From NCBI GenBank assembly GCA_964387625.1, contig CAYLWN010000002.1, positions 39,120 to 78,423 of the forward strand: 39,304 nucleotides of DNA, in the 5' to 3' direction. This DNA comes from an uncultured Gammaproteobacteria bacterium. Lineage in GTDB: Bacteria; Patescibacteriota; Microgenomatia; UBA10105. The notes under the pieces were generated by a model. The model was not told the origin of the DNA. It worked only from the letters and a program-made list of their open reading frames with translations, and made no database searches. A program made the position numbers and the translations under genes. Positions 8,484-17,316 of this stretch are shown piece by piece (position 1 is the stretch's first letter; each line of letters begins with the position of its first letter).

Positions 8484-9304
8484 CAAAAATAGGTAAGTTT
8501 TTTTTAAACATAAAAGATAAATTTTCTTTTTCAAAAAGACAGCAATTTGTGGGTGTTACGCTGATTTTGACTTTGGGTCTCATGTTTACGCAAATTTTTT
8601 CCGGAAATTTGAGATTTGATTTGATGCTCGTATTTGCAGTAATTACTTATTTTTTTTCAGCACTGGTGTTACGACAGGATTTATCCCGTTGGGAATGGTT
8701 GACATTACTTATTTTGCCGGCATTTTATAGTGCGGCAATTTTTCTCTTTTATTTTTTATTACCCACCCGTTGGTTAACCAGAATTCCCATTGCGATTCTT
8801 TATTCAATTGGTATGTATGCGATTTTATTAACAGAAAACATATATAATGTAGCAGCCCAAAGAAATATTCAACTGCTTAGAGCAGCCCACAGCGTGGGAT
8901 TTTTATTGTCTTTGGTAACGGTTTTTTTGCTTTCCGAAATCCTGATTTCACTACATTTACCTTATTATTTAAATAGTTTATTTACTTTATGCATTATTTT
9001 TCCATTAACTTTACAAGCTTTATGGTCGATAGAATTAACTGAAAATATTTCAGCTCTTTCATGGTGGGGAAGTGTGGTAGTTTCAGTTATTTGTGTGGGA
9101 TTGGTAGGTGTGTTTTCGTTTTGGCCGATTCCGGTAACTATTGAAGCCTTATTTGTAACAACTGTATTTTATTCATTGATTGGTATGATACAACAGCACC
9201 TAGTAGGTAGGTTATTTGAAAACACTTTACGGGAGTATTTGTTGATTTTAATTTTAGGTTTAATATTAATTATTTTTACAACACACTGGGGTTCCCGGAT
9301 ATAG
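8480..9304 (+). CDS. Conserved-looking polytopic membrane protein of unknown function
   Basis: About 8-9 hydrophobic segments and the motif LLTENIYNVAAQRNIQLLRAA. ATGA overlap with yebC. Confidence 0.8.
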   Translation: MTKIGKFFLNIKDKFSFSKRQQFVGVTLILTLGLMFTQIFSGNLRFDLMLVFAVITYFFSALVLRQDLSRWEWLTLLILPAFYSAAIFLFYFLLPTRWLTRIPIAILYSIGMYAILLTENIYNVAAQRNIQLLRAAHSVGFLLSLVTVFLLSEILISLHLPYYLNSLFTLCIIFPLTLQALWSIELTENISALSWWGSVVVSVICVGLVGVFSFWPIPVTIEALFVTTVFYSLIGMIQQHLVGRLFENTLREYLLILILGLILIIFTTHWGSRI

Positions 9305-10215
9305 ATTTTATTTATATAAATCAAGGGATAGGGAAGTGATAAAGGATTATATTGGGAATAACGCGATATGGTTTGATATAGTTAAGCCTATAGTATTGTT
9401 GATAGTTTTCACGATATTTTGCAAATTATTTCACGATTTTACTTCAATTAAACTCGCTTAATCGCTACTCTTATAAATTGAACACAAAATGTATGCGTAA
9501 TTTAAGTACTTTAGGGCCTTATTATGCTCCAAATAAAGATCATATCAATATATTTCATAAATATTTAGCTATAAATTTGTATAGTTAGAGCATTAGGAAG
9601 CCATAAATACGCCGAAACATAAACTGCTTTTGCTTAGAATGCAGCTTCAATTTTATTGCTTTAGATTGTATTGAAGCCCTAAATATGAGTATCTATCAAA
9701 TCTGTTTTGTTGACTTAACTTGATATTTAATGCCTAAATAAAGCATCATGCGGGAAATAATTAACACATAGCTTCAAAAATGAGTGTTTGGATTGTAACA
9801 AAGCTCTATTTCTCATTATTGCTAGTGTATTTATAAAATATCTTTATTTATATAACAGCCTCAAAATCTACAATTTAGAGCATAATAGAGCGCTAAATTG
9901 AGATATATTTTCATCCGAATAAAACCGAAAGCCTCTTTTTCTATACGTATATATAATTTAATCAGCGTTTACAGGTATAAAGATTCTCATCCTTAGATAA
10001 TGAAAGAGAGAGGTGTTTTATGTCTACCATGCTCTTTTGAACAATGTTAGGTAGATTGTCTAGCTACTTACTTAATATTTAAAAAAATAAATTTATTAAA
10101 TATAGCTTCAAAAATGCACACAAAAGCTATAAAAACATCAGCGTGGTAATCAATGAAGCAAGTATTATCAACTTATGAAATTGCAGTCTAATCAAAAGGA
10201 GAAGCTGATTCTATG

Positions 10216-10247
10216 CAACGTCGCACAATGATACTTTTGCGACGTTG
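10216..10247. other. Candidate dif-like Xer recombination site
   Basis: CAACGTCGCACAA-TGATAC-TTTTGCGACGTTG: 13-bp arms (12/13 inverted match) around a 6-bp asymmetric spacer, 1.36 kb from a xer gene. Confidence 0.7.
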
Positions 10248-10548
10248 ATTATGGCTAATTGAAGGAGAAGTGCTTTTAAATGCTAAACCTGTTTAATATA
10301 AATTTCTATACATTTAATAATGATAATTAATTTTATATGATTAAGCATCATGCTTTCCGCTTTACATAGTAACCCTAATTATGATGACTTTTTTTAGGGC
10401 TTATTATAGTGCAGGTCTTAATATATTTAGCAATTATCACCATTGCTATAGTTGCCACCCTAATTAAGCCGACTAATATATCGGTTTAAGAAATTTAAGC
10501 CGTCCAAGAGGCGTACAGAGGCTTACAAATTGAGGCTAAATAGCCGAT

Positions 10549-11460
10549 TTAAGATAGCAGAGATTTAAGCATTTGAAAATTTCCTACATGATCTGAAACA
10601 GGTTCAACTAAAGCATAAATATCGTTTTTTTTATAAAGAGACAACAGTTTAATCATTTCGCTTTTGTTAGGAATTGCGAGGTCTGATGTAAATTCATCAA
10701 ACAATAAAGATCCATGATAATCGGTCCCGTTATATGGTGGAATAATATAACTTACATGTAAAAGTTTTGTTTTTGTGAGCAATTTTTTTGACACAGACCA
10801 TAAATTTTCTAACAATTGAGATCGGGCTAGATTTTCTTGATTTGCCAGTGTATGTCCAAAATCATTCGCAAAATATACATTATCTATATTTAACACAGTT
10901 TTAATTATATCTATTGGTAGATCGCCAAAATCTACATAGACATTTCTATCCAGCTGACCCAGACTGTTTACCGAATAAGAATATTTAGGCACACTTTCAA
11001 TTATCAATTTTATGCCTAAATTATCTGCATAATTTGCAAGTTTATGTACTGAATTATAAAAAGTTTCTTGCAAAAGTTGTAGAGATATTTGCTTGCCAAA
11101 GGGTTTAAAATCAATGACATCGCGTTCAAAATTCACATTAGACAATACGCTGCTGCCGGGATGCATATTTACATATAGACAATTATGTTTTGAGGCCACA
11201 TTAATGGTTTGTTTAACTAATTCAATAGATTCACTTAAATTTTGCTTGTTGGGATAAGCTAAATTAACTAATGTATTATTTGAAGTATTACCCCAGAAAT
11301 GCAATCCCGCACCAATTTTCAGTTGTTTAATTTGAGAAAATAGATTGTTGTAATCAGCTATTTTGTTTACATGAAACCAGACTTCACAAAAGTCAGGAGC
11401 AGCTGAAATTAAATCCTGGTAAGAATTGTTTTTTAGTCCGACTTTGATACCTAATTTCAT
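10549..11460 (-). CDS. TIM-barrel protein, xylose isomerase-like/AP endonuclease 2 family
   Basis: Metal-ligand pattern GLH, NMHPG, LIIES, DFGH, LHV, DYH and VEP. Confidence 0.75.
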   Translation of the reverse strand: MKLGIKVGLKNNSYQDLISAAPDFCEVWFHVNKIADYNNLFSQIKQLKIGAGLHFWGNTSNNTLVNLAYPNKQNLSESIELVKQTINVASKHNCLYVNMHPGSSVLSNVNFERDVIDFKPFGKQISLQLLQETFYNSVHKLANYADNLGIKLIIESVPKYSYSVNSLGQLDRNVYVDFGDLPIDIIKTVLNIDNVYFANDFGHTLANQENLARSQLLENLWSVSKKLLTKTKLLHVSYIIPPYNGTDYHGSLLFDEFTSDLAIPNKSEMIKLLSLYKKNDIYALVEPVSDHVGNFQMLKSLLS

Positions 11461-11486
11461 ATGCTAATTATAGCAGGATTAGCAGC

Positions 11487-11598
11487 TTGACAAAAAATTA
11501 TAGACGTCGCAAAATATATTTATTACAACGTTAAAAACGTCGTAATAAATAATTTTCATTTTACAACGCTCAAAGATCATCGCAAAATGAAAATTATT
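11487..11598 (+). promoter_or_regulatory. xer promoter overlapped by an array of dif-arm-like boxes
   Basis: TTGACA (11487-11492), 17 bp, then CAAAAT. Boxes of consensus ACGTYGYAAWA at 11504, 11521(rc), 11537, 11559(rc) and 11577. Perfect 15-bp IR 11548-11562/11584-11598. Confidence 0.65.
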
Positions 11599-11605
11599 AC
11601 ATATT

Positions 11606-12613
11606 ATGACAAATTTATTTACTTATATTGATGATTTTTTGGAATTTTTAGAAGTTGAAAAAAATGTATCTCCATTAACCATCCGAAACTACAAACATTA
11701 TTTGATGAGATTTGCCAACTGGTATAAAGAATCCTCTCCCCTGCCTGCGCCTGACTGCCTGCCTACGCAGTCAGGCGTAGGCAGGCAGTCAGGCCTTTCA
11801 GGTGTCTCTCAAATAAATTCTGACACGATCAGACATTACAGATTATATTTAACCAGGTTAACAGATACACATAATTTGACTCTTAAAAGAGTGACCCAGA
11901 ATTATCATTTGATTGCACTGCGGGCTTTTTTACGGTTTTTAGTCAAGAAAGATATTAAAACTTTGGCTCCCGAAAAAATTGATCTAGGCAAGACAGAATC
12001 GCATAGTTTGAAATTTTTAAATAAAGATCAATTAACACGTTTGGTTAATCAACCGGATATAGCTACTGTTTTCGGCTTGAGGGATAAAGCGATACTGGAA
12101 TTATTATTTTCTACAGGTTTACGGGTATCAGAACTGGTGAAACTAAACCGTGATCAAATAGATTTTACGACACGGGAAATCGGTATTATCGGTAAAGGTG
12201 GTAGAGCCAGGGTGGTATTTATTTCAGACGCCGCATCAAAGTGGTTGCAACGATATTTAAGTTATAGAGAAGATAAATACAAACCTTTATTTGTCCGTTA
12301 TTCAGGAAAAAAAGTTACCAAAGATCAAGGCGAAGAAGGAATCAGGTTATCAGCCAGAAGTATTCAAAGATCTGTTGAAAAATATGTAAAAAAAGCTAAA
12401 TTGCCTATCAAAATTACTCCTCATGGGTTACGGCATACATTTGCCACGGATTTGTTGACAGCAGGAGCTGATATCAGGGCCATACAAGAAATGTTGGGAC
12501 ATAAAAATATTTCCACTACTCAAATATATACACACGTTACCAATCCGCAACTTAAACAAATCCATAAAAAATTCCATGGAAAAACTGAAATAGTTGAAGA
12601 TGCAATTAAATAG
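11606..12613 (+). CDS. XerC/XerD-like tyrosine recombinase with an 18-codon palindromic insertion
   Basis: SAM-like N-domain. Catalytic motifs TGLRVSEL, GKGGRAR, TPHGLRHTFAT and LGHKNISTTQIYTH. Confidence 0.95.
   Translation: MTNLFTYIDDFLEFLEVEKNVSPLTIRNYKHYLMRFANWYKESSPLPAPDCLPTQSGVGRQSGLSGVSQINSDTIRHYRLYLTRLTDTHNLTLKRVTQNYHLIALRAFLRFLVKKDIKTLAPEKIDLGKTESHSLKFLNKDQLTRLVNQPDIATVFGLRDKAILELLFSTGLRVSELVKLNRDQIDFTTREIGIIGKGGRARVVFISDAASKWLQRYLSYREDKYKPLFVRYSGKKVTKDQGEEGIRLSARSIQRSVEKYVKKAKLPIKITPHGLRHTFATDLLTAGADIRAIQEMLGHKNISTTQIYTHVTNPQLKQIHKKFHGKTEIVEDAIK
11740..11793. repeat. 54-bp compound CCTG...CAGG palindrome in frame in xer
   Basis: Perfect 20-bp IR 11749-11768/11775-11794, with an alternative 19-bp IR 11740-11758/11767-11785 (1 mismatch). 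Confidence 0.9.
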
Positions 12614-12617
12614 ATAG

Positions 12618-13367
12618 ACAGGTCGGACCTGTTATGGAGATGGATGTGATGATATAAATTAAATTTTTATCGTATATGCCGGCAAAAAATTCTATAAAAC
12701 AATACGTTGAAAATAGCTTCTATCATATTTACAATCGGGGCGTTGATAAACGAATAATTTTTATTCAGGATTTAGATTATCAAATGTTTCTTTCATATTT
12801 AAAAAATTACTTGTCAACATTGTCTTTACAACAGGTCCGGCCTGTAAGAAAATCCACTCTTTTTTTAGAAATTGATTTAATCGCTTATTGTCTGATGCCA
12901 AATCATTTTCATTTATTGATTAAACAAAAATCAGCCAAATCAATAATTAAATTTATGCGTTGTTTAACAAATGCATACACGCGATATTTTAATACCAGAC
13001 ATAAAAGAATTGGTCATTTATTTCAAGGAAAATATAAAGCAAGTTTAATAACAGAAGATTTATATTTACTACAACTATCTCGTTATATACATAGAAATCC
13101 ATTAGAGTTATTCAGGTCAGACCTGCATAAAATATTGTCAGAATACCCTTATTCAAGTTATAAAGATTTTTTAGGATTAAGAAACACTGTTTGGGTGAAG
13201 CCAAATGAAGTATTAAATTTTTTTGCATTAGATAAGCAAAAAAATAATTTAGATTTAAATTATCAAGGTTTTGTTGAACAATTTAATAAAGACGAAAATG
13301 ATATAAACGAATTTATCTTAGAAGACAATGTCGAATGATAACAATCTAAACAACAGGTCCGATCTGT
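12618..13367 (+). mobile_element. RAYT module: Y1 transposase bracketed by inverted 15-bp palindromes, with two more copies inside the gene
   Basis: ACAGGTCGGACCTGT (12618-12632), ACAGGTCCGGCCTGT (12831-12845), CAGGTCAGACCTG (13113-13125) and ACAGGTCCGATCTGT (13353-13367). Confidence 0.8.
12676..13338 (+). CDS. REP-associated tyrosine (Y1/HUH) transposase, IS200/IS605 TnpA superfamily
   Basis: YHIYNRG, AYCLMPNHFHLL (HUH), YFN...GHLFQGKY, YIHRNP (catalytic Tyr) and YPYSSY. Confidence 0.92.
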   Translation: MPAKNSIKQYVENSFYHIYNRGVDKRIIFIQDLDYQMFLSYLKNYLSTLSLQQVRPVRKSTLFLEIDLIAYCLMPNHFHLLIKQKSAKSIIKFMRCLTNAYTRYFNTRHKRIGHLFQGKYKASLITEDLYLLQLSRYIHRNPLELFRSDLHKILSEYPYSSYKDFLGLRNTVWVKPNEVLNFFALDKQKNNLDLNYQGFVEQFNKDENDINEFILEDNVE

Positions 13368-13407
13368 TTAGTTTTGTTTAGACAATTTATGATAAAATGT
13401 TGATCTT

Positions 13408-13700
13408 ATGCCAAATCAAGAACGAATCCATAGTCATCTTTCAAAAGGAGAAACTGCTACAACTGTTGTATTGGGATTTATATTGGTGCCGGAATTTATG
13501 GATTGACTCAGTTAGAGTCTAATCCAAATACTGACGTATATGCATTATTTCTTGGAGTGATATGGGGCACTATTCTTACTAATGTAGGCATTCATATTAA
13601 TTACGGAACGAAAATAAGGCGGATAAAAACACAATATGACATAAAACATAATATCATTGATGGTAAATGGCATGACTCTATAAAACTGCAGAAAAAATGA
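13408..13700 (+). pseudogene. Small membrane protein, apparently frameshifted near 13477-13484
   Basis: An ATG at 13408, 9 nt after TGaTAAAAT, reads MPNQ...TTVVLGFI and stops at 13506. Removing one AT from TTTATATTGG joins it to GAGIYGLTQL... of the 13503-13700 ORF. Confidence 0.55.
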
Positions 13701-13781
13701 TAAGCATGCTGTAAAAATTTTTTAGATTATCAATTAATCTCTAAAATTTAATGTATAGCTGGTTGGATAGGTACACGAACT

Positions 13782-13807
13782 AAAAAGGTCTTCACTTTTA
13801 AGTGAAG
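13782..13807 (-). terminator. Possible intrinsic terminator downstream of folD
   Basis: cttcactt/aagtgaag hairpin (13790-13807) followed on the minus strand by acc-TTTTT. Confidence 0.4.
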
Positions 13808-13862
13808 CTTGAATTCCGAGTAACCACTAAGTTTACAATTATATTGACAATTAACTTGACAA

Positions 13863-14729
13863 TTATTTGAGTTGAAGCTTACATGCAGATACCAAATTTT
13901 GCATCAGACATGCTACATTTACTGGTCCTACGCCTCCAGGTGTTGGAGTGTAAAATAAGACCTGGTCTTTAAATTCATTTTCATCAAAATCTCCTGTCAG
14001 CTTGCCTTTTTCTTTATGAATGCCTACGCCGATCAAAATACAATTTGGTTTCACCTGATCAGGAGTAATTATTTGTGATTTTCCAACCGCAGAAATTACA
14101 ATATCTGCCTGATTTAAATATTCATCCCGATTTTGAGACTGGCTATTTAAAATAATGAAATTTAATTTCATGGTATTGAGTATCTGGGCTATCGGTTTGC
14201 CGGCTGTTTCTCCCCTGCCGATTTGGACAATTTTTTTATTCTTAAGATATGATATTAAGCTTTTAGGATAATCGTCGATGGGTTTTTGAATATGCGTCAA
14301 ATGTCTGTAGTAAACTTCTGATAAAATTTTAAATACCGCCATACCAACAGGAGGATCAAAAGCTGATTTTGGTAGAAAGCCATCGACATCTTTGAATATG
14401 GGAATTCTCACATTTAAAGTATCTGCTGACAGGGTTGGAGGAAAAGGTCTTTGGATAATCATCCCATGAATGCTTTTGTCTGTAGCAATTTGCAGTAAAA
14501 TCCGGGCAATTTTGGTATATTCAGGAGTTTTTCTGAAATGGATGAGTGAAATTTTGGCCCCAATTTGTTTAGCTGCTAATTGCTTTTGTCTGATAAATGA
14601 TAATGAACTTGAGTCACTGCCTACCCAAATAACTGCCAAATGAGGAGGAACGGAAAATTTTAAAGATTTAATTTCTTTTTTTAACTTTCCCAATATTTCT
14701 GCTGATAATAACCTGCCGTCAATTTTCAT
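13863..14729 (-). CDS. folD: Bifunctional methylenetetrahydrofolate dehydrogenase/cyclohydrolase
   Basis: MKIDG, HGMIIQRP, KDVDG, IGRGETAGKP, ADIVISAVG, GDFD and TPTPGGVGPVNVACL. Confidence 0.93.
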   Translation of the reverse strand: MKIDGRLLSAEILGKLKKEIKSLKFSVPPHLAVIWVGSDSSSLSFIRQKQLAAKQIGAKISLIHFRKTPEYTKIARILLQIATDKSIHGMIIQRPFPPTLSADTLNVRIPIFKDVDGFLPKSAFDPPVGMAVFKILSEVYYRHLTHIQKPIDDYPKSLISYLKNKKIVQIGRGETAGKPIAQILNTMKLNFIILNSQSQNRDEYLNQADIVISAVGKSQIITPDQVKPNCILIGVGIHKEKGKLTGDFDENEFKDQVLFYTPTPGGVGPVNVACLMQNLVSACKLQLK

Positions 14730-14804
14730 AATAAATTATCGAAAATTTATTTAAATTATTTCTTCTGTTTTATCGTCTTACATCTTTTATCTCTTATATC
14801 GTCT

Positions 14805-17285
14805 TTACACATATGCGGCAGCGGCAACTGTATCAGATTTATCTGTAAAACGCATAAGTATCACTCCCTGTGTAGCCCTGCCCAATAATGGAATTGAAGT
14901 TATGGGTAATTTTACCACTTGTCCTTTATTTGAAGTCAAAATCAAAGCTTCAGTATCTTTGGGAATAAATTGAGACACAATTACATTACCGGTTCTTCCC
15001 GTTACTTCTGCTACTTTTACTCCCTGACCAGCACGTTTTTGTTTTGGGAAAGCTTTAATATTGGTTTTTTTACCCAACCCTTTGGTCATAATTGTAATAA
15101 ATTCCATTCCCAGATTTTCTTCACTGATAATATCCATACTGACTAAGAAATCATCTTTTTTCAAAGCAATGCCTCTTACGCCCATTGTGTCTCGGCCGGT
15201 TGATCTGACTTCTCTTTCGTGAAATCTGATGGATTTACCAAAATGTGAAACTAATAAAATTTCTTCACTACCTGAAGTAAGAGATGCCCAGGCTAATTGG
15301 TCTTGTTTTTCCAATTTTACTGCTACCAATCCGCTTTTTCTGATTTTTTCATATTCTTCAATTTTAGTTTTTTTAACTGTACCATTTACTGTTGCCATGG
15401 TAATATATTTCATATTGGCAAGTTCCTCTTTACCATATGTAAGAAGAGAAGTGACTTTTTCTTGTTGTTCAATATTTATTAAGTTGATTATTGCTTGACC
15501 TTTGGCTTGTCGAGTAGTTTCAGGTAAATCCCAAGCTTTTACTTGATAAACTTTACCCTTATCGGTAAAAAATAATACATTATCATGAGTCATGGCTGTG
15601 GTCATTTTTTCCACCGTATCTTCTTCTTTGGTAGCCATACCAATTACACCTTTACCGCCTCTGCTTTGTGTCTTGAACGAAGTTTTTGATAATCTCTTTA
15701 TATATCCACCTTTTGTTATAGTGATGATAGTTTCTTCATTTGGTATCAAATCTTCTTCTGCAAATTCTCCAACTTTTGATTTGAACACGCGTGTGCGTCG
15801 TTCATCACCGTATTTTTCTTTGATTTTAACTAACTCGTCTTTGATTACTTTGAGCATTTTTAAAGGATGTGCCAATAAATCTTCCAAGTATGCGATAGTT
15901 TCTTTGATCATGGCATATTCCTCTTCAATCTTGATTCTTTCCAAAGCTGCTAGTCTTCTAAGTTGCATATCCAAAATTGCAATTGACTGAAGTTCGCTTA
16001 ATTTGAATTTTTTCATCAAATTTTGTTTTGCAATGTCTGCATCTTTTGATTTTTTAATTGTTTCAATAACTGCATCAATGTTAGAAACTGCAATTAACAA
16101 TCCTTCCAAAATGTGACCGCGTTCACGAGCACGGGTCAATTCAAATTCACTTCTCCGTCTTACAACTTTGAGCCGATGCTTAATATATTCTTCCAAAATT
16201 TGTTTTAAAGATAATGTTCTTGGCGTTCCATCAACTAACGCAACTACATTTACCGGAAAAGTTGTTTGCAATGACGTATGTTCGTATAAATTATTTAAGA
16301 CTGATTTGGGTCTGGCATCACGTTTTAATTCAACAACCACCCTGATGCCATGTCTGTCTGATTCATCACGTAGATCAGTAATGCCGTCAAGTTTTTTATC
16401 TTTGACTAAATCAGCAATTCTTGCAACCAATAAAGCTTTATTTACTTGATAAGGAAGTTCGGTGATAATGATAGCGCTTTTACCGTTACCGATTTCTTCA
16501 ATTTCTGCTTTGCCCCTTATAACAATTTTTCCTTTACCAGTAGTATAAGCTGCTAAAATTTCTTTAATATCATAAATTGCTCCATAGGTGGGAAAATCAG
16601 GGCCTTTGATAATATGCATCAAATCTTCAATAGTTACTTCAGAAATGAAATCTTGTTTATTGTTTTCAGTATTTTTATGAAAATGTCCACGACCAATGAT
16701 CATAAATACTGCATCAATTACTTCAGTTAAATTGTGTGGAGGAATTTTGGTAGCCATACCTACAGCAATACCCTCTGCTCCCATTAATAATAAATTTGGT
16801 AGTTTTGCAGGTAGATACGTTGGTTCTTTCATTGTTTCGTCAAAATTGTCAATAAAATCGACAGTATTTTTGTCAATATCAAAAAGCATTTCTGAGGCTA
16901 TGGGAGCCAAGCGGCATTCAGTGTAACGCATAGCTGCTGGAGGGTCACCATCAATAGAACCAAAATTACCCTGACCATCAACCAGCGGGTATCTCATGGA
17001 AAAATCTTGCGCTAAACGGACTAATGAATCATAAATTGCTACATCACCATGCGGATGAAATTTGCCCAAAACTTCTCCTACAACTTTAGCTGTTTTCGTA
17101 TATCGTGAAGGATGCATCAGTCCCATTTGTTGCATGGCATATAAAACCCGTCTATGAACTGGTTTTAAACCATCTTTGACGTCCGGAAGTGCACGGGACA
17201 CGATCACGCTCATTGCATAATCAAGATATGCGCGTTTCATTTCCACGCTTATTTCCGATAGAATAATTTTTCCGACATTATTCAT
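14805..17285 (-). CDS. gyrA: DNA gyrase subunit A
   Basis: [27 protein letters not shown] (catalytic Tyr), GyrA-box QSRGGKG and a beta-pinwheel CTD. Start placed at ATG 17285 rather than TTG 17300. Confidence 0.97.
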   Translation of the reverse strand: MNNVGKIILSEISVEMKRAYLDYAMSVIVSRALPDVKDGLKPVHRRVLYAMQQMGLMHPSRYTKTAKVVGEVLGKFHPHGDVAIYDSLVRLAQDFSMRYPLVDGQGNFGSIDGDPPAAMRYTECRLAPIASEMLFDIDKNTVDFIDNFDETMKEPTYLPAKLPNLLLMGAEGIAVGMATKIPPHNLTEVIDAVFMIIGRGHFHKNTENNKQDFISEVTIEDLMHIIKGPDFPTYGAIYDIKEILAAYTTGKGKIVIRGKAEIEEIGNGKSAIIITELPYQVNKALLVARIADLVKDKKLDGITDLRDESDRHGIRVVVELKRDARPKSVLNNLYEHTSLQTTFPVNVVALVDGTPRTLSLKQILEEYIKHRLKVVRRRSEFELTRARERGHILEGLLIAVSNIDAVIETIKKSKDADIAKQNLMKKFKLSELQSIAILDMQLRRLAALERIKIEEEYAMIKETIAYLEDLLAHPLKMLKVIKDELVKIKEKYGDERRTRVFKSKVGEFAEEDLIPNEETIITITKGGYIKRLSKTSFKTQSRGGKGVIGMATKEEDTVEKMTTAMTHDNVLFFTDKGKVYQVKAWDLPETTRQAKGQAIINLINIEQQEKVTSLLTYGKEELANMKYITMATVNGTVKKTKIEEYEKIRKSGLVAVKLEKQDQLAWASLTSGSEEILLVSHFGKSIRFHEREVRSTGRDTMGVRGIALKKDDFLVSMDIISEENLGMEFITIMTKGLGKKTNIKAFPKQKRAGQGVKVAEVTGRTGNVIVSQFIPKDTEALILTSNKGQVVKLPITSIPLLGRATQGVILMRFTDKSDTVAAAAYV

Positions 17286-17316
17286 AAATTTTTTAAGCAA
17301 ATTAAATAATCAATTT

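Noticed and set aside
9305-10548. CRISPR array or oriC in the long non-coding gap
   Set aside because: The repeats are short, irregularly spaced and partly inverted. No cas genes are present, I saw no consensus TTATCCACA box, and dnaA is absent from the window.
12676-13338. IS605-type element with TnpB or an RNA-guided nuclease
   Set aside because: There is no tnpB/iscB ORF adjacent, and the protein motifs and flanking palindromes fit a RAYT.
11606-13700. Integron or prophage integrase with cargo
   Set aside because: The recombinase looks Xer-like with no evident IntI-specific insertion, and there is no attC array and no phage gene nearby.
13760-13825. tRNA-like 3' end on the minus strand (GTTCG...CCAACCA)
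   Set aside because: No cloverleaf can be built and the T-arm does not pair. At most it is a decayed att-like remnant.
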